Source of the DNA: Adineta vaga
Lineage: Eukaryota > Animalia > Rotifera
Assembly (NCBI GenBank): GCA_021613535.1
Contig: CP075493.1
Coordinates: 4,154,001 to 4,218,000, forward strand
Reading direction: 5' to 3'
DNA: 64,000 bases
The position numbers and the translations under genes were made by a program. How positions within the stretch are numbered: the first letter of the stretch is position 1; each line of letters begins with the position of its first letter. The notes beneath the pieces are model-generated. The model did not search any database. It saw only the letters and a list, made by a program, of their open reading frames with translations, and had not been told where the DNA came from. Of the stretch, positions 36,683 through 49,664 are shown piece after piece.

Positions 36683-39600
36683 ATGTGGTTGTTTTATAAC
36701 TTAATACTGTGTTTGATAGTTATTTGGTTCGCAGGTATGGTCTACTAATGGAGTTGTAAATGAACAATTTATAACAAATGTTTCGATACATGATCAGATT
36801 GAATTTAATTTTTAGGAATAACATCGTCATTGACTTCAACAATAGAAAGTTCGCATATCACTCAAGCGGTAATTCAATATTCAACTACGAAAAATATTGT
36901 ATTAACAACAAATGTTAATAAACCAAAGATAACAAAAGGTAATTGCATGAAATCGTACAACTATTCATTGTGTCATCTCATATATTTCCTTTTATAGGGT
37001 CATCTGTTAACAAACCAAATATTAGTTCGTGTGCAGTGTGGAATACCACTGGAATTACAATTGCGAATAGTAGTACAGTGAATAGTTCAAATCCATTGAA
37101 TGCCTTTATTGATGTTAATAATACTCTCTATATTGTTAATAAAATAAACAAAGAAATTAAAATTTGGTCGGAAAAAAGCAATACTGCACAATTAATTGTT
37201 TACAGTAATTTTACTTTTTCAACCGGCCTTTTTGTTACCAGTATTGGTGATATATTTATTGATGATGATTATCATAGTCATGTTAGTCAATGGTCTTTAC
37301 AACCAACAAAGCAAAAGATTATCATGTATATCAATCGAGGATGTAATAGTCTCTTTGTTGATGTTAGTGATACTCTTTATTGTACTATTAACGATGGTCA
37401 TTTAGTTACCAGATGGTCACTTGATAATAAAAATAGTCAACTAGTTACTGCTGCTGCTGGTACAGGTTGTGCTGATTCAACGTCGATGACGTTAAATCAA
37501 CCAATGGGAATATATGTTGACAATAATTTTGATTTGTATGTAGCAGATACTGGAAATGATAGAATACAACGATTTTCTTATGGGAACTTAAGCGGTACGA
37601 CAGTAGCTGGAAAATCGGTTAAAGATAACGTAAATCTCAATAAACCAACAAGTATTATGCTTGATATTGATGATCGTCTATATATTGTCGATAGTGGTAA
37701 TCAACGTATTATACGATTAGGAAGATATGATGGATATCAATGTTTGTTTGGTTGTTCGATACCATCATGTTTATCACTTAGTCAATTATGTGATCCTCTC
37801 ACTGCTATGTTCGATATTCATGGCAATATCTATGTTATCAATCGAAAGAATAGTGGCGTTCAAAAGTTTATATTAGCAACCAATTCGTGTCGTAAGTTTA
37901 CTCTGATATAATAAAACTATCATGAGTTTTTCTTTCAAAATTTTAGAAGAAACAACCTTTTCATCCCCACAAACATCGACTAGTAAGATTAAATCTATTT
38001 TGTTCAAGAGATGAAAATTAATTTTTTCACTTAGCGACAAGTTCGACGACAACAACATCCTTCAGCAATGATAGTAATTTGAGTAAAAAAATAAAACAAT
38101 TTCTTATCTTTTTATTTTTTATTAGCTTGTGCTCAACCTACCATGACACTTTTTCCAGGTACATCATCTTATGAAAATCCTTTACAATTTCGACGAAGTC
38201 AAGATTTTTATATCAGTGTTACCTTCAAAATAAAATGTGTTGATTCATTTGCAATTCGAACTACATGGACAATCTTTAATTGTACTATAAATTGTTCAAT
38301 TCCTGCAGATATCGATCCATCGATAGATTTGACAACAAGTGAGTTAGTCATTCCTGCAAGAATATTAACATATGGTATCTATGAAATGAAATTAACTGCA
38401 ACGATGACTGGAAAATTTTATTCGATTTCAACAGAATCTGCTTATGTAAAAATTAATCCGACAGGTGCCACAGCAAATCTTGTTCTGTATGGAACATCGA
38501 TAATCACAAGCGGTCAAGAACGTGATCTTATACTTGATCCCGGTGCTCATTCGATCAATCCTGATGAGAAAACATTTAATGCTAGCGTAAGCATTCGAAT
38601 TTTTAAAATTTCTAATCTTTTTGACTTTCTCGTATATTAGGATTGGACTTATAGCTATCAATGTCGAGTTTATGATCTGAAGAATCTTTCAAAATTAACT
38701 ACAATCGATTACAACTCTAATCATCCATGTTTTTCCAATCGGAAGGGTATTATCTATGATCAGATTCGATCTATCTTACTTAAATTACTCGTTCTTTTTC
38801 TTATAGATAATATGCTAGGATGGCGAGATCGTTCAGTAGATGGTTCTCTATCATCAATAATCATTCTTCGTGATTCATTAAAAGCTGATCATACATATCA
38901 ATTTGTAGTTTATATAACGAATCGTCGAAATGCCACATTACAAGCACTTGGTTATCTCTTAGTTGAAGTGGAAATAAGTCGTCCTCAAATGGTCGCCATT
39001 GCGTAAGTATTGAATCATATTGATCAAGATAGAAACTTTCATATGTGCATAAATTAGTTGTGTTATTACGTCAATGTGTTCACCAAATCAAGAATATCAA
39101 AGTATTAATCCAAGTACTCAAGTCTCGCTGTTTTCGGAATGTGTTGGTGTATGTAATTCAACATTGAATATTTCTTGGTATGTCTATGAAGGTCAAAATG
39201 ATTCAACGACAAACATTGTTCGATGGAATCGATTTAATCATTTAAATTCTTCTCAAAATCTTCATTTTTTTGGTGAAATACAACAATTCTTATTTCCTAT
39301 TCTCAATAAATTCTATCATAATAAATATTCTTTTTAGGAATGAATACAAGTGATTTTACAACGATCAATACTTTATTTCTGAAAAATCCACATATTATAT
39401 ACTGGCGTTTTGAAGTTATCTACGCTTTTCATCATGAAACAAGTATGAGTGCATTGAATTTTATTATCAATCAACCGCCACAGAATGGTTCTTGTTCAAT
39501 CACTCCTCTCAATGGTACAATTAGTACTTTATTTACCATCAATTGTTCTCTTTGGTTGGATGACGATCAGATTAAAGATTACGCCGTCTATTGTAAGAAC

Positions 39601-42234
39601 ATTTTTCTCTTTCAAAATGAGATCATTATTGAGATATTTTCTTGATTCTAGTTAAAGATTCATCAGAAATCTCTTCAGAACAACTCATGCTTGCCTTCAA
39701 ACCAATACCAGATTTCCAGCTTCAATTACCAGCGGGTATTGGTCCTCAATCATTACTCAATTTAACTGTTCAAATTCGAGATCAACTCAATTGTGCTACA
39801 GAAATACAATTAGAACCTGTTGTTGTTCTTCCCGATTCAACGGTCATCGATACATTGATTGATATGATTGAAAATCCGGATAAACTAAATACAAATAATC
39901 CTGTTATTGAAGCACTGGTCAGTGGTAATCAAAATCTTGTTGGACAAGTAGTGACTTCGCTTTCACAAGAATTGAATAAGAAGAATAAACAAGATTTTGA
40001 AGACGCTATTAGGAGTATGTTTAACAATTTTCTCGCATATAACCTTACATATTGATGTTCTAGATGGTATCGACGCTACCAGTATTTCTGTATCACCATT
40101 AGGCAGTAAACGTTCTATCAACGTATGTTTGTTGTTTTTTTCTTATTCTTGTATTTGATATATCATTCCAATTTATAAATAGTCAGATGTCATTACAAAT
40201 CATTCCAGTAATATTGATTATATTCAAAAACTGAATACATTATCAAACATACGAGATTATTTGATGAACGTGACTGTTGTTCTTTCAGTTGTTAATATTG
40301 ATAGTATTAAATTATTAGCAACAAGTCTTGCTCAATTAACAAAATCAACCAACGAATTATCTCGAACAAGTTCAGTGAGTAGAATTGATGTTCATGAATG
40401 AAGTTTTATGAATGTTTATTTCCTCTTTGTATCATTAGTTACTTGCTGCAAGAAAATGTCATCAACTTGCTGTTGAATTACATAAAAGAGCAAGACAGAC
40501 TTCACACGAAGATGCACGATCTGCTGCCATTCAAATAGCTCATTGCATCAATAATGTTCTAACTGTAAGAGTTTTATTAATCGATAAAAATCAAAGATTT
40601 CTCTTTAGGCTATAAATGCTCCGTTACAACAACGAGGTGTTTTTCTCAATGTCAATGACACTGGTCACGAAATTGGTTCAGAAGATTATGAAGATGATTT
40701 TGAACTTAATCAACTTATTTTCAGTGAAATTTTTTAAGAAAGAAAGATTGATATAATTTCATGTTTTTTCTTATAGACTCAATCAAGAGTGATGACGAAG
40801 CATCAACAAAGATTGTTCGAACACTTTATTATCAAAGGAAAACCGTATGTTTTGAAAAATTCGAATCATTACTTTCTCTAAATTTTCCACTAAACAGGCA
40901 GATGAAATTGCTCAACTAGCAGTTATAACATTTTCATTGCTTACATCTGTATTAAAAATCCATTTAAATATTGAACAACAAATGGCATTCAATTCTTCAT
41001 GCTTACTCTTGTTCTTAGAAACAACAACTGTGCAATCTCTTGCTGGTAAATTAATCAAACCCGTGGACAGCGCATCTATTCATTATTCCAATAAACTTAC
41101 AAATTGATCTACCCAAAGATACACCTGTATCTCTTCGTGTAAGTTTCGTACCTGAATTTATTTCGCATTCTTTGATTTACTTGTTTTTCTTCAATAGACA
41201 ACAATGCAACCCCTGGCTCCAATTGGTACTTCAACATCACATGCGAATTCAAATATGTCAACTACAATATCATTGACACTCTTTCATCGAAATAATTCAG
41301 AAATTACGATCACGACTAGTATAGATCAACCTATTGAATTTTTCATACCTCGAGATCCAAATCTATCGATACCAGCATTGATCCCACAAAATATTACATC
41401 AAATTATACGTTCCATCAAATTGATCTACATGATTATACGATGAATAGTAATCTAACTGTATCATTACATTTTGAAATTCAACCAATGGATATGAATCTT
41501 AGTTATGTGTTAATCTATCAATTTAATCGATCATCTCAATCGAAGAAAAATCCACCTTGGAAAGTACTTTGTCCATCAAGTATGTTTTGTATAAGTCTAT
41601 TGTAATTTAAATAAATACCTTTTTGCTTAGATTTAACAAATGATAGTATTTATACATATTTTATTGATAATCGACAAACAATCAGTCAGAAATCTATCAT
41701 CTTTCGTTTCGAAGAAATAAATCAAACAGATTTGGAACAATGCTATCAACGTACAATAATTTCAAATCCATTGAGAATCGATGAACTGAAAAATTTCTCG
41801 TCTGATTATAAACTTCGAATATATTCATCAGGTTGCTATTATCTGGATAAATACAATAATTGGCAATCAGATGGTTTATGGGTAAAGATAGTTTTGTTGA
41901 AATGCAATTCAATTCTTTGTTTTCTTTTTTTTTCTGAAACAGGTGGGACCATTAACCGATCATTATCGAACGCAATGTTTCACGACTCATTTAACAACAT
42001 TTACTAGTCATTTTCGACTATTATCTTTTACAAATCATCGATTTGAATTCTATTTTCATGATAAATATCAGTTTACTTACAAAAATAACGTGACATTATC
42101 CAATCAAATAGAATGGAATCAATCTTATAAACATCTAAATCATGCATTGGTAAGATACTCTCCTGCTTGTTGAAGAGAAATATGAAATTATAATCCTTTT
42201 TTAGAATAACAATCCTTCACATCTTGAACTTTGA
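36683..42234 (+). CDS. Polycystin-1/REJ-like ectodomain protein: signal peptide, NHL propeller, PKD/REJ region, GPS motif; no TM; one frameshift (possible pseudogene)
   Basis: Roughly 20 exons. NHL exon 36998-37891; REJ-type 'LILDPGAHSINPD', 'INQPPQNGSCSITP.NG...F.I.C..W.D'; GPS 'SGCYYLD...WQSDGLWVGP.T....TQCFTTHLTTF'. Frameshift at ~41081-41104 (in-frame TGA 41105-41107). Terminal exon ends at TGA 42234. Confidence 0.8.
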
Positions 42235-42346
42235 ATAACATATTTTTATTCTAATCACAATGCTTTTTTTCTTCTGTTCATTAACTTAATCAATAAATTT
42301 GCGTAAACAAAATATGAACGATGAGTTTTCTTTTCGTACTGAACAT

Positions 42347-43195
42347 TTATGACAGTTTATGTAAATTGAGACTTGTCATTGTTAATGTAACAATCGTATC
42401 TTGATCTAATTGAACTGCATTCCATATAATATCCGTAGCCAATGGTTTGGTCTGATATTCTTGTAAAATTTTTCCATCAATAGATAAATGTAATAATCGT
42501 GGTTTTAATAATTCCATAATTATCCACTGATCATTGTAAATTGAACAACAATGTGCTACTGCTTCTAATGAAATTGACCATAAACGTTCGTATGTTAGTA
42601 ATGAATGAACTTCGAAACGTCTTCGAAAGACGTAAATATTAGAAATGACAAATGCGAGTTTATCATTTGTACAAATAAAAGTAAGAATACCTTCGTTTTG
42701 CGGATGTAAACCAGTTACATGCCATGTTTTTACAAATTGAATCAATGGTTGAAGAGTATATTGCTGAAGAGATACACAAATATCTCCTGTAGATAGAAAT
42801 AAATTCGATGTTGAACATGCTCCATTTCTCCAGAGTATTTGATCATTCGAAGAAATTTGACAATGATCAAGTATTATTGTATTGTCATCAAGAGTAAAAA
42901 TCTTTTGATCGGTGATAAGAATAAATCGTTCGAGCGTTGATGACCAACATGTATTTACATGTTCATAAGGCCAGGGAATTTCTTTAATAATCATTAATTG
43001 TCTATTGAATAAACATAAATAAGGTGTTTGTTTTAATAAGATATGTTTATCATTACAAGCAAGTGAAACTGACGTTTTATCAGTTATTTTAATCGTACGA
43101 AATGGACGTTTTAAAGGAAAGAGTTTTTCTGTTGTATTTTTCGAACGATAAGTTTGAACCAATGTATTTAGATTAGTTTCTTCTTGTTGATTCAT
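42347..43195 (-). CDS. Bdelloid-family beta-propeller-like protein, paralog of 43567-44688 (5' part possibly disrupted)
   Basis: Aligns with its neighbour: 'LFPLKRPFRT', 'LACNDKHILL', 'CWSSTL.RFIL', 'NLHK'. Similarity continues upstream of ATG 43195 to ~43275. Confidence 0.7.
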   Translation of the reverse strand: MNQQEETNLNTLVQTYRSKNTTEKLFPLKRPFRTIKITDKTSVSLACNDKHILLKQTPYLCLFNRQLMIIKEIPWPYEHVNTCWSSTLERFILITDQKIFTLDDNTIILDHCQISSNDQILWRNGACSTSNLFLSTGDICVSLQQYTLQPLIQFVKTWHVTGLHPQNEGILTFICTNDKLAFVISNIYVFRRRFEVHSLLTYERLWSISLEAVAHCCSIYNDQWIIMELLKPRLLHLSIDGKILQEYQTKPLATDIIWNAVQLDQDTIVTLTMTSLNLHKLS

Positions 43196-43566
43196 GGTAT
43201 CGTTATTGGTGTTAACTCTTCGACAGATGTTTGAACACCAACTATTTAATCTTGATAAACAGGATTGATGTTGTTCAGTTCTGTTCTCACGTATTCAAGG
43301 TTGTCACTTGATGAAGATTATCATTCGGTAAAACTTGTATTTCATTGAAATACATTTTTGTACGAGGTAAATCAGGTAATGAAGATGTTCTTGACAAAAA
43401 AACGAGTTGGCACTATTTTCTTCTTGCGATTCTCAAACATATAAAGAAAAGCAATCTATCATTTCATATTTGAATGATATATTTATTTAATAAAATAGTA
43501 TAAATCTTTTTTCTCATACAATAATCAAAAAGAAAAATAGTTGAGGTACTATAAACGTTTATCTGT

Positions 43567-44688
43567 CTACGTAAATTTATGTAAATTGAGATTTTTCATC
43601 GTTACAGTAACGATTGTATTCGGAGCCCATTGAATAGCATTTATAATCGGATTGTTTGATAACGAAATCTGTTTATAATCTTGTAAGATTGTTCCATCTG
43701 AAGATAGATGTAAAAGTTGTGATTCAAGATAATTGATAATAATCCATTGATCATTACGTATCGAACAGCATCGAGTAAGAATATTCAATGGAATAGTCCA
43801 TAGAATTTCGAATGTTAATGATGAATGTAATTCTAAACGATTTTGAAATGTTTGAGCATTACAAATCACAAAAATTAATCGTTCATTTCCATAATTGAAT
43901 GTTAATATCGATTCATATATTGAACACATAACAGATATTTGTCGTTCTTGAATAAATTCAATCGATGGAAGAAGAGTATATTCATAAAGATATGCAGCCA
44001 TATCCATTGTTGATAAATATAAAATCGTATCGGAACATGCTGCACATGACCAATCTTTTTCATTATGATGAGGAATAGAATATTCTTTAAGTTCCAGAAT
44101 AGTTTCATCGAGAATAAAAATATTCTTATGTGTTACTAAAATGAATTGATTGAGTGTGGATGTCCAACATATATTAACATATGTGTATGACCAAGGTATT
44201 TGTTTAATGATATTTAAAGTTCGATCAAATAAACAAAGATTTGCTTTGTATTCAATTAATAAATATTTGTCACTGCAAGCCATTGAAATAGATTTTTTTT
44301 CAATTGTTTGAAGAGTTTGATAAGGTTCTTTGAATGGAAATAGATTATGTCGTTGTTTTTTAAGTTTATTTTTATCTTCTTGCACTTCTATTGTAGTAAC
44401 AGTTGTAAGTTCAATTGATTGTGGAGAAACTGTTTCATGTTTGCTTTCCGAAGAAGAATATCGTACTATTTGATAGAGATTTTTCCACCATTGATTTAAA
44501 GTATGAAAACAAGATCGTTTATTTAATTTGATAGTTTTTGATTGATCTTTATTTGTTGCAGTTGTATCAAGTTGCATTGTATGTTCGATAAAATGATCAT
44601 TACAAAAATGTTCATTGTGACATTCACATATGACAAGAACCGAACGTTCACATGCGTCTATAGAACACAATGGCGATGATAAAATCAT
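43567..44688 (-). CDS. B-box-like zinc finger + beta-propeller-like protein
   Basis: N-terminal 'C....C......CECHNEHFCNDHFIEH' B-box-like motif; beta-rich repeats; single exon, 373 aa. Confidence 0.75.
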   Translation of the reverse strand: MILSSPLCSIDACERSVLVICECHNEHFCNDHFIEHTMQLDTTATNKDQSKTIKLNKRSCFHTLNQWWKNLYQIVRYSSSESKHETVSPQSIELTTVTTIEVQEDKNKLKKQRHNLFPFKEPYQTLQTIEKKSISMACSDKYLLIEYKANLCLFDRTLNIIKQIPWSYTYVNICWTSTLNQFILVTHKNIFILDETILELKEYSIPHHNEKDWSCAACSDTILYLSTMDMAAYLYEYTLLPSIEFIQERQISVMCSIYESILTFNYGNERLIFVICNAQTFQNRLELHSSLTFEILWTIPLNILTRCCSIRNDQWIIINYLESQLLHLSSDGTILQDYKQISLSNNPIINAIQWAPNTIVTVTMKNLNLHKFT

Positions 44689-45629
44689 TCTTGTTTGAAG
44701 TAGTGATGCTCTGATATAAAGAGAAATTTTTTCATCTATTCAATCTTGATTAACTCAGTGTACAAAGCTGATCTTTTTTTCCATTCATTCATTCAGCACG
44801 TGTGAATTCAACTTTTCTTCTATATTTGCATAAGAATGAGTAAAACATTTTTTTAAATATACTATCACATACATTTCCCTTCGGCATCCTGATAGAACAG
44901 TTCATATTTCATTCTTTTATTTATATATGAATAAAAACTAACGCAATAAACACGTTTTGTTTTCTTCATAGATGGTTTTCATTAATAAAATATTTGTTCA
45001 TTTCATTGACAACGATCGATCGTTATCGTGATTGTATTATCTTCAAATGTTTTATTAGTTTGTTAAAATGATCGTGTCGATTTGAAATCATCTGATAAAA
45101 GAATAACCTTATCAGATTAAAACAAAATGATAATCAAAAGAAAACATATATTGTTTTAGCAGCAAAGCGAAATGAAAATGAAAGTATTTCTTGTTTTCCT
45201 TGTATATCAGAAATTGATGAAGAGTTGTTCAAATGTATTCAAAAGAGAAAATATCTATCAATAGGTAAAGAAATGATTCGAGATATTCAAAGATTGGTTT
45301 TCTAATTCTAGTCGAATGATTTGGCAAGATAATCTACACAAAATTCGTCATCATAATCTTGAAGCAGACTGATGGTGAATTAAAAAATCAAATATTATTA
45401 ACAAGTGATCATCAGAAGTCATCTCATAGTCATATATTTTCTGTTTCAGAAGATGTTATAGTACCGTAATCAGTCGGTATGCATGTTTTTTCTTTGTTTC
45501 GCTTCAGAATTGGATGTTTATGATCTTATAGAATTATCATCTGTAATCTCATCCTCTTGTTTGAATGAAAGAAAATGTTTGTATTTTTCTCATTCTAATC
45601 CAACGTTAGAAATTTTCTTTTTATTTTCT

Positions 45630-48280
45630 TTAAGAAGAAGATAACAATTTTTCAACAAGGATTTTTGCACCAGTAAATGTTTGCCGTTTGAGTGTATCAA
45701 CAGCAGATGGTACTAGAAGAGATCGAACTTGTTTACATTCATCAGGTTGACCATGTTCGAGCATCCTAAAAATCATTCACATAATAAATGTTAAATCAAA
45801 GAATTCTTTATTTACATGACGAATATAAAACAACCACGATTACATAATATCCATGCACGTAATATATCCGGTGAAATCGATGATAATAATGTCGAAACCA
45901 AAGCTAGAATATAGAGTAATTCTTTTATATGAAAGTTTTGTTTTCCAATGCGAGTTTACTTTGATTATGTTTCTTCTTTTTCTGTCTTTTACCGTCAGCA
46001 ATTATCAAATGTCTTAGAACATTATGAGAAACTTGATTTTCAATAAGATTTGTTTCAGCTTGAGGTTCTACGGATGAAGTACTTAATGTTGAACTTAATG
46101 ATGTATAAAATGAAGTTAGATCATCAGCAGCTATTTGTAAGAAAAAGAAGATTAAGAAAAACAATTGAGGAAGATAAATCGATCTTACATGAAAGTCGTT
46201 CAATCATTTCTGTCATCATAAAACCTTTGAAACCATCTTTTAATGCTGAAAGAATATTTGACGTAAAATATTCTAAGAAATATGATTTGCAAAATTCAAA
46301 TAATTCATCTTGACGAATGTTCGAATCTTTTTTGCTACGAAAGAAAACAAAAGAGATAATGAAATTTTTCAAAAAGACGTGATTTCGATTATCCCTACCT
46401 TGTTTGTAATGCATCACTTGTTTTCATCAATTGAACAAGATCATATTGTAAATGTTTGGTATTTCGTGGTGCAATTAAATACATCAAAACTTTTTTACCA
46501 TGTGGATCATTGATAATATCATCGAAACTTGACATTAATTCTTGTAAAATCATTTTTGAAACAAGTTTTGTATCATCAACAATATCAAAGATCGTCCATA
46601 GAACGGGATAACCTTGTTCTTCTTTAGCAATTTTCACAATAAATGATTTGAAACTTTTTATTAATAATTTTCTATCCTAAATGAATGAACATATTTCTAT
46701 CAAAGATCAATTTAAAGAAATAATAACATACTTTATTTGATCCATACCATAAACAATAGATTGCAACACGAGCACCATCACGACTATGAATCATTTTAAT
46801 TAATTTTTCTTTAACAGCATCAATAATTTCCTATTTAAGAATATATGAACATACTTATATGAATAAAGAAAAAATCAATCTTTACCTCTCGACCTTTTTC
46901 ATTAGCATTGCGAATGTATTCATGCATGGCACGATGTACAATTGATGTACTCAATAAATCTCTGAAGAAATTTTCAATATAAATCAATCGACATATGAAA
47001 AAGAAATAATTCATTACTTTTGAATACATGGCATTAGATTTTCTTGCATATATTCCAATACATTGGCACGTTGACCAGTTGCTGCTTTACTTTCAAGTAA
47101 TTCTTCAATATTTTTCACATCCGTTGTCTAATACAAAAAAAAAACGATACATTTTCTAACATCCAAAGAAAAAAAAAGGTTAGATTTTACTTTTAAAATG
47201 GCATATTCGCGACCATAGAATTCTTGGACAAGTTGAAAACGTTCGGCAGAATTACAAATATCATTATAACAGTATTCTAATACACGACAACCAATCTATA
47301 AAATCAAAATTATACATGTAAATCAACATGAAGTTTTCTACTTACCGAATGTCGTGCGAGTTTGCATACATGACCATGAAGACTTTTCTTAATCGTATCT
47401 TTTTGTGCATCCGTTCTAAATGAATGTTTCTTATAAATCTTTTGCATTTAGCAAGAAAACAAAACTATACGTATATGTCACTATCACTTTTTTTCTTACC
47501 CGTATGTTAGAAATTTGAGGATAACATGATGAGCATAAAGAGATTTTGCCATTGTCGGTATATCTTCTACTCACGATGAAATAAAATATGAGGAAAGATA
47601 GATTTGTTGAATGTTTACTTTGAATTTGTTCGAAAATATATTGTTTTTGTTGTTCATTACCAAATTGAATGAGACATTCGAGTACACGAGTTGTATCATG
47701 TGCCATTGATAGAAATTTTACATTTCCTTCAATTAATTTCATCAATTCTCCACATAATTTCACTCGTACTTCATTTGTTGTTTCATCTCGACGTAGGATT
47801 TCCCAGATTTTCTTCGATTTATCAGCCATATCATAGAGAACACCACGTCGTAATTTTTGTCGTTCTTTTAACCGTTGTCGAAAGGTTGTATTTTCTTTAT
47901 CTTGAACAATATTAATATGTTTCTTCTTTTTCTTCGTTTCCATTTGTTTTTGTTTGCTTTTTAGTTGTTTTTTAATTAATTTCACATTGGATAACATACT
48001 TGGATCTGGTTTAACTCGTGCTTGACGTTTAGCAGCAGCCACTTGTGCTAATTTTTCAGTTGCACGAGATTTAAGAGATGAGGAAAGTGTATCGAAATCC
48101 AACTGAAATTTAATGAAAAAATTAAAAGTTGTTGTTTTTTTTGTTCTTCTCAAAACTAACCTTCTTTGGTTTTTCATTTTCACTATTATTTAATGAAAAT
48201 TGAACTTTCTTCTTCTTTTGATCTGAATCATCAGTTTTTTTTGAAAGCTTACGCTTTTTATTTTCTACGGAAGTACTCAT
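45630..48280 (-). CDS. PUM3: Pumilio homolog 3 / Puf-A (nucleolar PUF + CPL domain), multi-exon
   Basis: 'KIWEILRR', 'AHDTTRVLECLIQFG', 'LVQEFYG', 'HSRDGARVA..CLWYG..KDRK.I.KSFK', 'IFDIVDDTKLVSK', 'TSKKD...R..EL', 'NRGCF'. ATG 48280, TAA 45630. Confidence 0.92.
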
Positions 48281-48662
48281 CTAAACAAAAACAATTGTAA
48301 ACTTATAATAATTAGAACAAACTTCGTTTCGATGATATGTGGTGAATGAATGAGTATTGCAAATGTAAAAAGAGAAGATACTGTGTGGATCAGAATTCAC
48401 CTCCGTCATCAAGCAATCAAATCAATTTGATAATAGATGGAGCTAGATGGTGATTTTAGGCACATTGAATCTATAATATTTATTTCATGTATTGTTCTTA
48501 TCAATCGATGATGGTTGCGAAAGAAGACAACAGTTGTTAAACATCAGTTTAATGAGAATAAAGATCAATTTTCAAATGTAAAATGTTATTTATTTCATTG
48601 AATAGAAAGAAAGAAGAGAAGTTCATGTACAGTCTACACAAAATATACAAAAAAACGTTTGT

Positions 48663-49664
48663 TTAAACTTCTTTTGCATCACCTGGACGCGCGACTTCAT
48701 TAGGTTCTTCCATATGTTCTGGTTGTTCTTGTTGATCTTGATATTTGTACGATGGTCCAGTGAGTAAACTAACTGGCGTATCAGCCGGCGGATGTCCATA
48801 ACCTTCAAACCAAAGAAAAAATCGTGTGACAATAATACTTCGACGTTCTGCTAATGTTTTGATATAATAATGATATGTATCCCATGTTAATTTCGAAAGA
48901 AGAAAACCAAGAAAAACATCGACACTGTAATGAAATCGAGTAGCAATAATGGTAAATAGCCAAGAATTGTAAATGCCCATACAAGTAATGATGTTATATA
49001 AAATGATAAAGGATCACCAGTAGAATCTAACTTTGGATAAAGCCAACCTGGTTTACCACGTCTGATTTCTTCCATTAATACCTTTATATTTATTCCACAA
49101 CCAACGTATTGGATAATGTTCTTCACCTTTCGAATAGGTTGTCCAAGCAAGCGCACATAATGTTACTGAATTAAGAAAGAAAATCAATTATTTCGAGAAA
49201 ATTCACTTTCTTCACTTACATGTAACAGTATGACCAGAGAAAAGAACGTCACCACATGTTGCATGCATTAAAGACATGATATAGAAAGCTTCAATTGGTG
49301 GTGAACCAACTGCTGTCGTATTACAACCTGGTAATGGTACACTCAATGAAGTAACATAGATGGATATACTTCGCATGATAAACATAGCTGCTTGAAGAAA
49401 AAGCCATCGACGAAAAACAATTAAACGAATATCACGTTGAAATATATAACGGATAATAACTAAAACAAATGAGGTTAAAAGGAAATAATCATTGATTTTA
49501 TAGTATGTCCAATAAGGTAATAAATTATGACCAATATCCGGCAATGCTGGTAGCCAATATGGAGAATTTCGATCGGCCCATACTTGAACAAGTGAATTAA
49601 TATAGAGTGTAATAAGAAAGAACACAACTGAGAAACACAAAGGTAGATATGTCAATCGAACCAT
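48663..49664 (-). CDS. Sphingomyelin synthase-like (PAP2_C) protein without SAM domain, 2 exons
   Basis: SMS motifs D1 'PALPDIG', D2 'RR...MRSISIYVTSLSVP', D3 'CGDVLFSGHT', D4 'HYSVDVFLGF'; intron ~49168-49219. Confidence 0.88.
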
